Shown here: positions 9,375 through 18,430 of the stretch, piece by piece
Layout of the letters: every line of letters starts with the position of its first letter
Position numbering within the stretch: the first letter of the stretch is position 1
Assembly (NCBI GenBank): GCA_027331445.1
Contig: DAHWUD010000004.1
Coordinates: 1 to 55,468, forward strand
From: Candidatus Amesbacteria bacterium
GTDB lineage: Bacteria; Patescibacteriota; Microgenomatia; CAZETR01; Amesbacteraceae
Direction: 5' to 3'
Length of the DNA: 55,468 nucleotides
The notes under the pieces: generated by a model
Seen by the model: only the letters and a program-made list of their open reading frames with translations
Databases searched by the model: none
What the model was told of the DNA's origin: nothing
Made by a program: the position numbers and the translations under genes

Positions 9375-9569
9375 ATGACAGACAGCAATAACAACACTTA
9401 CTACACCACTAAAGAAGTGGCAAAAATACTTAAAGTCCATACCGAAAGCGTCCGGCGCTGGATCCGCCAGGGCGATTTAAAAGCCGTTAAGTTGGGCGGT
9501 AAGTACATCCGGGTTAGCAATAATGACTTACAGGACTTCGTCTACCGTCAACGCTCCATAAGCGGGTGA
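9375..9569 (+). CDS. Excisionase-type HTH DNA-binding protein
   Basis: YYTTKEVAKILKVHTESVRRWIRQGDLKAVKLGG. Confidence 0.88.
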   Translation: MTDSNNNTYYTTKEVAKILKVHTESVRRWIRQGDLKAVKLGGKYIRVSNNDLQDFVYRQRSISG

Positions 9570-10090
9570 AGTCAAAATATATGGCAAAGTATGACTGGCC
9601 TAGGCTTAAACAAGAATTTATTGAAGGTAGCTGGCTAACAATTACCAGTTTCCTGAGAAGTAAGAATATCAAATCCAATTCAAGGACTCGGTCTCAGTCG
9701 AAAGGCTGGCAAGAGGCAAGAGGTGAATATCTGAAGGAAATTGTCACCCAAACCCGGCAGCAGGCGTTACAAGGCGAAGTTGAAATCCGCCTCAGACAAC
9801 AGGAGGAAGCCAAACTCATGCAAACTAAAGGTATGGAAAGCTTAAATATGTTGGATGTAACAACAGCTGACGAGGCTAGAAAGCTAATCACGGCTGGACT
9901 TGAACAGGAACGACGGGCTATGGGCCTGGAAGGGAATTTCCGGCCGTCCAAGCTAACCCAAGTTAACGTTGCGGTAGGACCCAAAACGAAATTTGATTCC
10001 ATGATTGAAAACCTCAGTTATGAAGAGCTCTTACACTTTATTGCCGAAATAAGAAAAGAAAAGGAAATAAGAAAGCAACGCTCCGGATAA
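9566..10090 (+). CDS. Putative terminase small subunit-like protein
   Basis: N-terminal YDW..LK.EF HTH-like start, W...R helical middle, GLEQERRAMG, C-terminal LSYEEL; resembles phage TerS architecture. Confidence 0.45.
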   Translation: MKSKYMAKYDWPRLKQEFIEGSWLTITSFLRSKNIKSNSRTRSQSKGWQEARGEYLKEIVTQTRQQALQGEVEIRLRQQEEAKLMQTKGMESLNMLDVTTADEARKLITAGLEQERRAMGLEGNFRPSKLTQVNVAVGPKTKFDSMIENLSYEELLHFIAEIRKEKEIRKQRSG

Positions 10091-10290
10091 ATTAGTGACA
10101 AAACAGTGACAGACTTGCGCTTTCAGTTAGCTTAATATTAACTAACTTAGCCTCAACTGTAACTAAAAAAGCATAGGCAGCTCTCAGTCAGCCTACCCCC
10201 CAGGCCTAAAAATCTGAGCCACCACCTTTTTTAGCCATACGGATGGCACCTCAACAACTAACAGATTTTTTTCCAAAAACCGGCCAAGTA

Positions 10291-10836
10291 TTACTGAACC
10301 ACTTGGCACTGGCTCATATCTATAACTCCAATGGTCTGGGAACCAATTACGCCTCTGACGGTAATTGTCTGGCCATTTTTTAAAGACATAAGTTGATTTT
10401 TGTCATCCACCCGACAGCTGATTTGTGTCATGGAAAACTCCTTTGACGCAACATTAGTAAATGAAATCCCGGAATCAGTGATGTTTGCTACTTTAGCCGA
10501 GAATTCTACCAATTTATCTTTCCATTTACTTTCTGCGGCGACTTGATTACTGTCAAAATCGTCAGCCAATTGCTGGGCTGTAATTTTTTGAGCTGTAATG
10601 GGAGTAGGTGAAGCAACACTTTGGGTTTGAGCCTGGCCCGTTGTTTGGCTGCTGCTAGAACTGTTTTTGCTCCCTCCGGCGGCTCCGACAATCCCTATAA
10701 CCACCAAAATTATCAGACCAGTCAATATAGGATGTCTGGCAAACCAAATTCGTTGGTCGGCCTGGCAGTGCGGGCACTTCTTAGCTTTGGGGTCAATTTC
10801 CATTTGGCAACTTTTGCACTTCTTCATAAATTTCAC
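10291..10836 (-). CDS. Zinc-ribbon + TM + extracytoplasmic OB-fold protein
   Basis: CKSC..CPHC, TM, S/T linker, ITAQQLADDFDSNQVAAESKWKDK...GQTITVRG (tRNA_anti-like OB fold). Confidence 0.75.
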   Translation of the reverse strand: MKFMKKCKSCQMEIDPKAKKCPHCQADQRIWFARHPILTGLIILVVIGIVGAAGGSKNSSSSSQTTGQAQTQSVASPTPITAQKITAQQLADDFDSNQVAAESKWKDKLVEFSAKVANITDSGISFTNVASKEFSMTQISCRVDDKNQLMSLKNGQTITVRGVIGSQTIGVIDMSQCQVVQ

Positions 10837-10947
10837 CTCCCTTCACATAGGGTCAAATACATTAATAGCCTGATTATAGTCACAATAATAGATAAATGCA
10901 CTCAGTGGTGTGCACATATTCATCACGATTTGGGCAAAAATCACCTC

Positions 10948-11166
10948 ATGTTGGCTAAACAAAGGTATTTAGCGGCTTTGGGAGAGAAAGTTAAAAAATC
11001 CCGCTTAGACGCCGGGATGCAAAAACTATCTGACGTCACAGCCAAAACAGGGCTGCACCGGAATTTTCTTAGTAAGATCGAGGACGGCAAAACCAACCCG
11101 TCCGCATATACTCTATACAAACTTGCTTCAGCTATCGGAGATAAAACCCTGGACCCCGCATCTTAG
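10948..11166 (+). CDS. XRE-family HTH regulator
   Basis: LGEKVKKSR...TGLHRNFLSKIEDGKTNPSAYTLYKLA; start moved to ATG 10948. Confidence 0.85.
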   Translation: MLAKQRYLAALGEKVKKSRLDAGMQKLSDVTAKTGLHRNFLSKIEDGKTNPSAYTLYKLASAIGDKTLDPAS

Positions 11167-11259
11167 CTTAGTCATCAAACCTGATTCTTACATCAATATT
11201 AGAATCAATATGTTGTGAGACTAACAATGTATATTGACCCATGTTATGCGATAAATAGA

Positions 11260-11288
11260 TTGACAAGGCACTAGTTCTAGACTAACAT
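11260..11288 (+). promoter_or_regulatory. Sigma70-type promoter for the replication operon
   Basis: TTGACA-17 nt-TAACAT. Confidence 0.55.
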
Positions 11289-11323
11289 AACTTTAATCTA
11301 ATAGAGCAAAATAAAATACTTTT

Positions 11324-11356
11324 TGCTGGAGGGAACTTTCCCCCCAGCATTTTTTT
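11324..11356 (+). terminator. Intrinsic terminator-like hairpin upstream of the replication genes
   Basis: tgctggaggga/tccccccagca stem followed by T7. Confidence 0.6.
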
Positions 11357-11392
11357 GCCCTGATCGGGTAAACCCAAGAAAGAAGAGACAGA

Positions 11393-11575
11393 ATGGATAA
11401 AAACACTATACCACTTATAGAAGTAAAGGAAGGGACTTTCGTCCCGGTTTCAATTGCACAGAGATGTCCAGTGTGTAACGGGTTTGGAACACTAAAATAC
11501 GGAGCGTTGATATGTCAGGGATGCAAGGGGAAGGGCTACGTATTAGTACCAACTAAGGAGGTTAAAAATGGCTAG
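11393..11575 (+). CDS. Small DnaJ-type zinc-finger protein
   Basis: CPVCNGFG and CQGCKGKG. Confidence 0.7.
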   Translation: MDKNTIPLIEVKEGTFVPVSIAQRCPVCNGFGTLKYGALICQGCKGKGYVLVPTKEVKNG

Positions 11576-12098
11576 GAAACGAATGATAGATCCCAGCATT
11601 TGGGCCGATGAGGACTTCGGCAAACTCTCTTCTGACGCAAAAGTGATGTTTATAGGTTTATTCTCAAATGCAGACGATGCGGGAGTGCTGCCGGGAGATC
11701 CTACCTATTTGAGTGCAACAATTTTTCCTTTTAACGGTTTATCGCCAAAAAAGGCTTCGAAAATTTGTAAGGAAATAGAGACAAAAATGAAGTCGGTGTT
11801 CTTTTATTCTGATAATTGCAAGAAATATATTAAACTCAAAAAATTTCTTGTTTACCAAAAAATTAACAGGCCTTCTCCTAGTAAATATCCCCAACCTCCA
11901 AAAGATAATTCACCTCACGAAGAATTCTATGAGGAATCAATGACTAATCATGGAAACGTCACACCCAATAGAAATGAAAAGAATATACAAGAAGAAAACC
12001 AAACTAATTTTTCTTCTGAGGAAGAATCGTTTAGAGACCAAGCATGGTCTGCCGCCGTCGAGGCGTCCGCTGCTGCCAAAAAAGGAGGCGGGTTATGA
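11568..12098 (+). CDS. Phage-type replication initiator (N-terminal wHTH)
   Basis: MARKRMIDPSIWADEDF..LS..AK..FIGLFSNADDAG...YQKINRPSPSKYP; AAGGAGG RBS. Confidence 0.75.
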   Translation: MARKRMIDPSIWADEDFGKLSSDAKVMFIGLFSNADDAGVLPGDPTYLSATIFPFNGLSPKKASKICKEIETKMKSVFFYSDNCKKYIKLKKFLVYQKINRPSPSKYPQPPKDNSPHEEFYEESMTNHGNVTPNRNEKNIQEENQTNFSSEEESFRDQAWSAAVEASAAAKKGGGL

Positions 12099-13768
12099 CC
12101 TTCGAAGAACTGAAAGCCAAGAATTCGATCGTTGATGTGGCAGTCCGGCTTGGATTAGTCCGAACCGCTAAAGAAACCACACAAAATTTTAAGTGTTTTT
12201 ACCATGAAGATCGTCACCCATCATGTGTTCTCATGCCCAGTGTCAACCGATACAAATGTCAAAGCTGCGGCAAGGGGGGAGATGTCATTGATTTAGTACA
12301 AAATCAGTGCGGTCTAAACTCACCCTTTGAAGCAGCAAAATGGCTAGACCCCACATTTGGAGAAGATGATTGGGAAAACGAAACTCCAAGCTCCTGGGAC
12401 AAGGCTCATCCTTTTTCTGAGGAGGTTAAAAAACAATACAAATATGAAATCGGAGAAGATGAAATCAGATTTGAAATACCTGGATATGGAACAAAAATAC
12501 GGTACTTTGGAAAAAAACGTAAAGAGAATGGTAAATATTGCAACCCAATAGGATCAGCGGAAAACTTTGTCTTTATTACATGTCCTGAACAACAAATCCA
12601 GTTTGTAGTTGAAGGAGAAGCCGACGCTTTAGTTTTGACGAGCCAAACAGGATACTCTGCCGCAACCAAAACCACAGGAGTGGGTTCAGCAATAGGATTA
12701 GTAGAAAGATTAGTAGGCAAAGATATATATATCGTTACAGACAACGACCGACCGGGGAAAAAATATGCAGAAGAAATAATAACCGCTATTCCATCAGCCA
12801 AGCTCGTCACTCTTCCGACTGGAGTTAAAGATATTTCTGAGTACTTCTTCAGAAATTACAGCGATGACGATTTTGACAAACTAGTTCTCTCAGCCACACA
12901 ACCGGAACCGCCGGAACTTGTAGTAGCAACAGGATATAAGTCTCTTGATAAAGTATTGTGTGGTTTCCATTCTGGAGGATTAGGATTATTTGCCGGAGAA
13001 GAAAAGTCGGGGAAAACTTCATTTGTTTTGAGCTTAGCTGCACATCTCGTTGAGTTAGGTTACAAAGTTGTCTACGTAAGCACTGAATTAACCCGTTATG
13101 AAGTCGATCGCTATCTGGACACTCTAACCGGCGAAAATAATTGGAGCCAAAAGCATCCAGATTTTGAGTTTTATGATCTGGAAAAATTACCGACTCTAGA
13201 AGATCATCTAAAACTCGTGCAGGACAAGGCTATGTTTGGAATCAGGGTATTCATAATCGATAACATCACTAGTTATAGAGATGAAATCGTACTTGGAAAA
13301 ACCGAATGGGAACGTATTGCTATTGCTGGAGACAAGTATCGCAGATTAGCTAAAAAGTACGGTTTAATTATGATCGCTGTGATACACCTTAACCGTGGCA
13401 CAACCTTACGTGAAATTCCTTTAAAAGTTAAACAGATGATTAAGGAGAATGTACCTGATCAAATATTTGACGAAAGCATATCTGTTTTTCGGCGACCTGA
13501 CGTCGAAGATATTAAGGGTGGTTCAGGAATGCGGTCGCAGACTATTTTTCAACTTTTGCTATGGAGACCATACCAATCATTTAACTTACCAAAATTAAAC
13601 AAGCTCTGCGCAGTGATTGTAGCCAATAACCGTTATGGCCCAACCGGGGATGTACTCTTCAACTTCGATGGTGCAACTAAGAAGTTTACTGAAGTTGAAA
13701 TTGAAGTTTCTACAGAAAAGAGCAATGAACCGTACCAAGAAAATATTTCCGATGTAGAACAAATATGA
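12095..13768 (+). CDS. Fused primase-helicase (CHC2 zinc finger, TOPRIM, SF4 helicase)
   Basis: CFYH..CQSC; VVEGEAD and DND; GEEKSGKT, FIIDNI, HLNR, DIKGGSG, NRYG; AGGAGG before ATG 12095. Confidence 0.9.
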   Translation: MTFEELKAKNSIVDVAVRLGLVRTAKETTQNFKCFYHEDRHPSCVLMPSVNRYKCQSCGKGGDVIDLVQNQCGLNSPFEAAKWLDPTFGEDDWENETPSSWDKAHPFSEEVKKQYKYEIGEDEIRFEIPGYGTKIRYFGKKRKENGKYCNPIGSAENFVFITCPEQQIQFVVEGEADALVLTSQTGYSAATKTTGVGSAIGLVERLVGKDIYIVTDNDRPGKKYAEEIITAIPSAKLVTLPTGVKDISEYFFRNYSDDDFDKLVLSATQPEPPELVVATGYKSLDKVLCGFHSGGLGLFAGEEKSGKTSFVLSLAAHLVELGYKVVYVSTELTRYEVDRYLDTLTGENNWSQKHPDFEFYDLEKLPTLEDHLKLVQDKAMFGIRVFIIDNITSYRDEIVLGKTEWERIAIAGDKYRRLAKKYGLIMIAVIHLNRGTTLREIPLKVKQMIKENVPDQIFDESISVFRRPDVEDIKGGSGMRSQTIFQLLLWRPYQSFNLPKLNKLCAVIVANNRYGPTGDVLFNFDGATKKFTEVEIEVSTEKSNEPYQENISDVEQI

Positions 13769-14058
13769 AAACCTTGTTTATTAAAACAAATAACATAAAT
13801 CTTTTAAGACAATTTGAATGTTTCGGAATCCCTGTGATGAAAGAAAACGATCAGGCGGTTGGGTTTTTACCTCCAAGCTTTTTTGCGGAAGTTAACAACC
13901 AGCATTTAGTCTGCCGACGGCTTAAAAAATGGGCTAAAAATATTGATCCCTATGTAGTACTCACGTTGGGACAGTGGCAACCAATCAACATATTTTGGGA
14001 TAAAACAACCCCTTCGACACTATTAAGCAATTTAATCAAAATATATGACAGTCCATAA
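13765..14058 (+). CDS. Hypothetical protein, last gene of the element
   Basis: ATGA overlap with the helicase stop codon. Confidence 0.55.
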   Translation: MKTLFIKTNNINLLRQFECFGIPVMKENDQAVGFLPPSFFAEVNNQHLVCRRLKKWAKNIDPYVVLTLGQWQPINIFWDKTTPSTLLSNLIKIYDSP

Positions 14059-14071
14059 TTGTCTTTTATTT

Positions 14072-14080
14072 TGTTATAAT
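14072..14080 (+). promoter_or_regulatory. Extended -10 promoter, on the element, for the restored tRNA-Phe
   Basis: TGTTATAAT 30 nt upstream of the tRNA. Confidence 0.6.
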
Positions 14081-14110
14081 TTGCACCAGTTACCCAATGG
14101 CCAAAATCTT

Positions 14111-14183
14111 GCCGAGATAGCCAAGGTGGTCACGGCGGACGCCTGAAGAGCGTCAAATATAGGTTCGATTCCTATTCTCGGCA
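14111..14183 (+). tRNA. tRNA-Phe (GAA), contains attR
   Basis: GCCGAGA/TCTCGGC acceptor, gacgc-CTGAAGA-gcgtc, GGTTCGATTCC. Confidence 0.95.
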
Positions 14184-14233
14184 CAAGATAAGCCTATAGT
14201 TGATTTTGTGGAATAATACTGTAGAATCGGAAT

Positions 14234-14572
14234 ATGAGAGAAAAAGGAATATCGTTTAATGAAAATTTTTATCAAGGCTTTCCGATTGTGAACGTAGAAA
14301 GTCCATCCTCTGAAGTTAGGAAATTGTATAAACTGATAAAAAGCAAAAAGGCTGAATTCTCGGATCTATACAGCGAACTGTTTAATAACGATTTTGAAAT
14401 TGATGGATTCAATATAGACAGATGCAGTGCAAAACTTCGGAGAAAAATTATTCATCGCGATAAAAAAGGTAAACCGCTTGAATTCGACGGATATTACATA
14501 GTACAAGCTTTAGACGGGGGAAATTTAAAATTACTGGTGAATGGTAATAAAGTACATATCAAGCGACAGTAG
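14234..14572 (+). CDS. Hypothetical protein in a small AT-rich islet
   Basis: 112-aa ORF with TAGAAT 6 nt before the ATG. Confidence 0.6.
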   Translation: MREKGISFNENFYQGFPIVNVESPSSEVRKLYKLIKSKKAEFSDLYSELFNNDFEIDGFNIDRCSAKLRRKIIHRDKKGKPLEFDGYYIVQALDGGNLKLLVNGNKVHIKRQ

Positions 14573-14653
14573 AAAACAAGTTTTGAAATTTTTGAAGTTG
14601 AATAGCAAGTAACTCAGCCTTATCGTTCTCCATCAAAAAATATTCTTTAAACC

Positions 14654-14689
14654 TCAAAATAAGTTCGATTCCAGACCTATTCTCGGCAC
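14654..14689 (+). repeat. Degenerate copy of the tRNA-Phe 3' end (att remnant)
   Basis: tcaaaataagttcgattccagacctattctcggcac vs tRNA tcaaatataggttcgattcctattctcggcac. Confidence 0.75.
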
Positions 14690-14694
14690 CTAGA

Positions 14695-16632
14695 TTAAGT
14701 TTTTCCTCGAAATTGGCTATTGTACAAATCAGCATAGAAACCGTTTTGGGCCAGAAGCTCATCATGCGTGCCCTTTTCCACAATCGTTCCCTGATTCATG
14801 ACCAGGATAAGATCCGCATCGCGAATAGTGGACAGCCGGTGCGCGATTACAAAGTTAGTCCGCCCTTTCATCAGTTCACTCATTGCCTTTTGAATCAAAA
14901 GTTCAGTCCTGGTATCCACGCTGCTGGTGGCTTCATCCAGAATTAATATCTCCGGGTCAGCCAGGAAAGCCCGGGCGATCGTCAGTAGCTGTTTCTGCCC
15001 CTGCGAAATGTTCGACCCTTCCTCATTTAGCACCATGTTATAACCTTCAGGCAGTGTCCGGATAAAGTGGTCGGCGTAGGCTGCCTGTGACACCCGCACA
15101 ATATCTGCCTCGCTGGCCTCCTCCCGCCCGTACCGGATGTTGTCCCGCAGGGTACCGTGGAACAGCCACGTATCCTGCAGCACCATCCCGAACATCCGCC
15201 GTAGGTCCGTCCGCCGCAGTTGGGTAATATCCACACCGTCCACCAGAATCTTGCCGCCGTTCACCTCATAAAAGCGCATCAGCAGGTTAACCAGAGTAGT
15301 CTTGCCCGCCCCGGTCGGACCCACAATGGCAATCATTTGCCCCGGCTTCACCGCGAAGTTCATATCGCGCATCAGAATTTTGTCCTTGTCATAACCAAAC
15401 TGCACATGCCGAAATTCCACAGCTCCTCTAGGCTCTTTAATTGTCACCGGATTCGCCGCCTCCGGCACCTGTTCCTCCTCATCCAGCAGTTCGAATATCC
15501 GCTCCGCCGAAGCGATGGCCGACTGGATGACATTGGCGATGTTAGCGAGCTGAGTGATGGGCATGGTGAACTGTGAGGAGTATTGGATAAACGCCTGCAC
15601 GTCCCCGATGGTAATCGCCCCCTGGGTAGTCATAATTCCGCCCACCACCGCCACAAACACATATCCCAGGTTACCTACAAACCGCATGAGAGGCATGATA
15701 ATTCCCGACACGTACTGGGCCTTCCAGCCGGCGTCGTAAAGTTTTTCATTGAAGTCGTCAAACTCGGCGGTGGCCTGTTCTTCATGCCCGAAGGCTTTTA
15801 CAATCTTGTGCCCGGTATACATTTCCTCCACGTGCCCGTTAAGATCTCCGAGCGACTTCTGCTGCCGCCGGAAATAATCCTGCGACCGCTTGGCAATCCC
15901 GGTCACCACAAACACACTGAGAGGCAATGTCGCCAGCACAATTAGGGTCAGCTGCCAGCTGATGGACAGCATCATCACCAATACTCCTACCAATGTGACC
16001 AGTGAAGTAATAAACTGCGTGACACTCTGCTGCAGCGTGGAGCTGATATTGTCCATGTCGTTGACGGCCCGGCTGAGGATTTCCCCGTGCGTCCGTCCGT
16101 CGAAGTATTTAAGCGGCAGCCGCGACAGCTTCTCGTCCACCTCGCGCCGCAATTTATAAATCGTCCTCTGCGCCACCCCAGCCATCAGGTACTGCTGGAT
16201 AAATATAAAAATCGCGCTGACGATGTACAGACCCAAAAGTAACAGCATGATCCGGCCGATATAGCCGAATTCGATCCCGGGGATAGGGGACAGGCGCAGC
16301 GACAAAGTCGGGTTCTGCTGCAATGCTCGGGCAATCTGCAGGTCTTTGGCCTCCATAATGTACCTGGAAATCAGCCCTTCAAACAGTTTGGTCGTCGCGA
16401 GTCCCAATATTTTCGGCCCGACGATATTAAATATCGTCCCCAAAATAGCAGCTCCCAGCACGATGGTAATTTGCGCTCTCTCAGGCGCAAAATACCGCAG
16501 GAGCCTTTTAAGCGACCCGGAAAAATCCTTAGCTTTTTCCACCGGCCGGCCCATGGCCCCGAAACCGCCCCGCATCGGTCCTGCCGCCACTCCGCCGCTG
16601 CCTTGCCGCTGACTGTTCCCGTCCTGTTTCAA
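14695..16632 (-). CDS. Heterodimeric ABC exporter subunit (TM288-like, consensus Walker B)
   Basis: TMD plus GPTGAGKT, ISQGQ, ILDEATS, AHR. Confidence 0.93.
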   Translation of the reverse strand: MKQDGNSQRQGSGGVAAGPMRGGFGAMGRPVEKAKDFSGSLKRLLRYFAPERAQITIVLGAAILGTIFNIVGPKILGLATTKLFEGLISRYIMEAKDLQIARALQQNPTLSLRLSPIPGIEFGYIGRIMLLLLGLYIVSAIFIFIQQYLMAGVAQRTIYKLRREVDEKLSRLPLKYFDGRTHGEILSRAVNDMDNISSTLQQSVTQFITSLVTLVGVLVMMLSISWQLTLIVLATLPLSVFVVTGIAKRSQDYFRRQQKSLGDLNGHVEEMYTGHKIVKAFGHEEQATAEFDDFNEKLYDAGWKAQYVSGIIMPLMRFVGNLGYVFVAVVGGIMTTQGAITIGDVQAFIQYSSQFTMPITQLANIANVIQSAIASAERIFELLDEEEQVPEAANPVTIKEPRGAVEFRHVQFGYDKDKILMRDMNFAVKPGQMIAIVGPTGAGKTTLVNLLMRFYEVNGGKILVDGVDITQLRRTDLRRMFGMVLQDTWLFHGTLRDNIRYGREEASEADIVRVSQAAYADHFIRTLPEGYNMVLNEEGSNISQGQKQLLTIARAFLADPEILILDEATSSVDTRTELLIQKAMSELMKGRTNFVIAHRLSTIRDADLILVMNQGTIVEKGTHDELLAQNGFYADLYNSQFRGKT

Positions 16633-18368
16633 CTGGCCTCCTTTTCTATCTCCGTCGCCGACAATTGTGAAGACACGATGCCGCGATAAACTTCACAGGT
16701 TTTCATAAGCGCCTCATGCGTGCCGATTCCCACCATCCGCCCCTCGTCCAGGACAATAATCTGGTCGGCATCTACTACCGTGCTCACTCGTTGGGCAACG
16801 ATGATGACCGTGGCCTCACGGGTTTCCTGCCGCAGTGCCGCCCGCAGCTTAGCGTCAGTCTTAAAATCCAGTGCCGAAAACGTATCGTCAAATACATATA
16901 TTTCCGGCTTCCTGACCAGCGCCCGGGCAATTGACAGCCTCTGCATCTGGCCGCCCGAAACATTCGTCCCGCCCTGGGCTACCGGGGAATCAAATCCCTT
17001 CGGCATCCGGGCAATAAACTCCGCCGCCTGGGCCACCTCCGCCGCGTGTTTGATCTGGGCCTCTGTCGCGTTTTCCTTGCCGTAGCGGATATTGTCATTT
17101 ATCGTCCCCGAAAACAGCACCGCCTTTTGCGGCACAAAACCGATCTTCGACCGCAGATGCGCCTGTGACATCTCCCGCGTTTCCACCCCGTCCACCAGAA
17201 TTTGGCCGCCGTCCACGTCGTAAAACCGCGGAATCAGGTTGACCAGTGTCGACTTGCCCGCCCCGGTGCCGCCGATGATCGCCGTGACCTGCCCCGGCCG
17301 GGCGCTAAAGTTGATTCCGGACAGCGCCGGCTTTTCCGCCCGCAGGTAACTAAACGTTACGTCCCGAAATTCTACAAAGCCCCGCTTTCTGCCCGTTTCC
17401 TTGGCCCTGTCCGGATCGTTAATCTCCGGAACCATATCCAAAACCGCGTTAATTCTGGTCGCGGAAGCCTCCGCCCGCGGAATCATGATAAACATGAGCG
17501 CCACCATAAGTAGCGAAAACAAAATCTGGGTGGCGTACTGCAAAAAGGCAAACATCGCCCCCAGCTGCAGATTCCCGTTGTTCACCCGGATGCTGCCAAA
17601 CCAGATGATGGCAACACTGGACAGGTTGATTAAAAGCATCATTACCGGCATCATCGACGCCGTCAGTTGATTGACCCTTATGGCAATCCCGGTCACGTCG
17701 CGGTTGGTCGCGTCAAACCGCTGTTCCTCATGCTTTTCGCGCCCGAAGGCCCTGACCACTCTCACCCCGGTCAGATTTTCATCCAGTATCAAATTCAGTT
17801 TATCCAGTCGGATCTGCATAGCCGAAAACAGCGGCACTGCCTTAACCAGCAGCACAATAATCACCGTGATGAGAACCGGCATAATCGCCACCAACACCCA
17901 TGACAGGCCCACATCCTGGTTCAGAGCCAAAATTATTCCCACCACCAGCGTGATCGGGGCCGTGATCAGCATGTTCAGCATCATCACCATCACCTGCTGG
18001 ATCTGCATGGTATCGTTGGTGGTCCGGGTAATCAGGGAAGCCGTGCTCACCGTATCAAATTCATGCAGCGAAAAATGCTGCACCTTATTAAAAATCTCGG
18101 CCCGGATCTTTTTCACCATCCCCGTCGCTACCTGGGACGAGAAATAAATTCCCACTACGGCGCAAGCCACCCCCCCGATCGCTACCACCGTCATAATTCC
18201 CCCTGTACGCCAGATATAGCCGGTGTCAAACCTGGCTATCCCGTTGTTCACGATATCCGCCATCAGGTTCGGTAGATACAAATTAGCTACCGACTGACCC
18301 ACCGCCAGTCCCAATACCAGCACCAATAGCCACCGGTAAGGCTCCAGAAATCTTAATAGCTTAAGCAT
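16629..18368 (-). CDS. Heterodimeric ABC exporter subunit (TM287-like, degenerate site)
   Basis: TMD plus GGTGAGKS, VSGGQ, YVFDD, VAQR. Confidence 0.93.
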   Translation of the reverse strand: MLKLLRFLEPYRWLLVLVLGLAVGQSVANLYLPNLMADIVNNGIARFDTGYIWRTGGIMTVVAIGGVACAVVGIYFSSQVATGMVKKIRAEIFNKVQHFSLHEFDTVSTASLITRTTNDTMQIQQVMVMMLNMLITAPITLVVGIILALNQDVGLSWVLVAIMPVLITVIIVLLVKAVPLFSAMQIRLDKLNLILDENLTGVRVVRAFGREKHEEQRFDATNRDVTGIAIRVNQLTASMMPVMMLLINLSSVAIIWFGSIRVNNGNLQLGAMFAFLQYATQILFSLLMVALMFIMIPRAEASATRINAVLDMVPEINDPDRAKETGRKRGFVEFRDVTFSYLRAEKPALSGINFSARPGQVTAIIGGTGAGKSTLVNLIPRFYDVDGGQILVDGVETREMSQAHLRSKIGFVPQKAVLFSGTINDNIRYGKENATEAQIKHAAEVAQAAEFIARMPKGFDSPVAQGGTNVSGGQMQRLSIARALVRKPEIYVFDDTFSALDFKTDAKLRAALRQETREATVIIVAQRVSTVVDADQIIVLDEGRMVGIGTHEALMKTCEVYRGIVSSQLSATEIEKEAS

Positions 18369-18374
18369 ATCGCA

Positions 18375-18425
18375 TTGACTTTCAAACGAAAATATATTAT
18401 ACTACCTAATTATTAGAATGTCTAA
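18375..18425 (+). promoter_or_regulatory. marR promoter with candidate MarR operator
   Basis: TTGACT-17-TATACT, followed by the palindrome TTAGA-atg-TCTAA (18413-18425). Confidence 0.65.
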
Positions 18426-18430
18426 CCATT

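Larger units (their letters stand above)
4219..14110. mobile_element. Integrated satellite-like element / defective prophage in tRNA-Phe
   Basis: Flanked by the tRNA-Phe 5'-half repeat; carries integrase, Xis, XRE, initiator, primase-helicase and TerS-like genes; AT-richer than the core genes downstream. Confidence 0.88.

Noticed and set aside
10621-10947. Long N-terminal extension of the XRE protein
   Set aside because: It is antisense to the OB-fold gene; the HTH begins at ATG 10948.
4219-14110. Complete prophage or conjugative element
   Set aside because: No capsid, portal, TerL, tail, lysin, relaxase or T4SS genes are recognisable.
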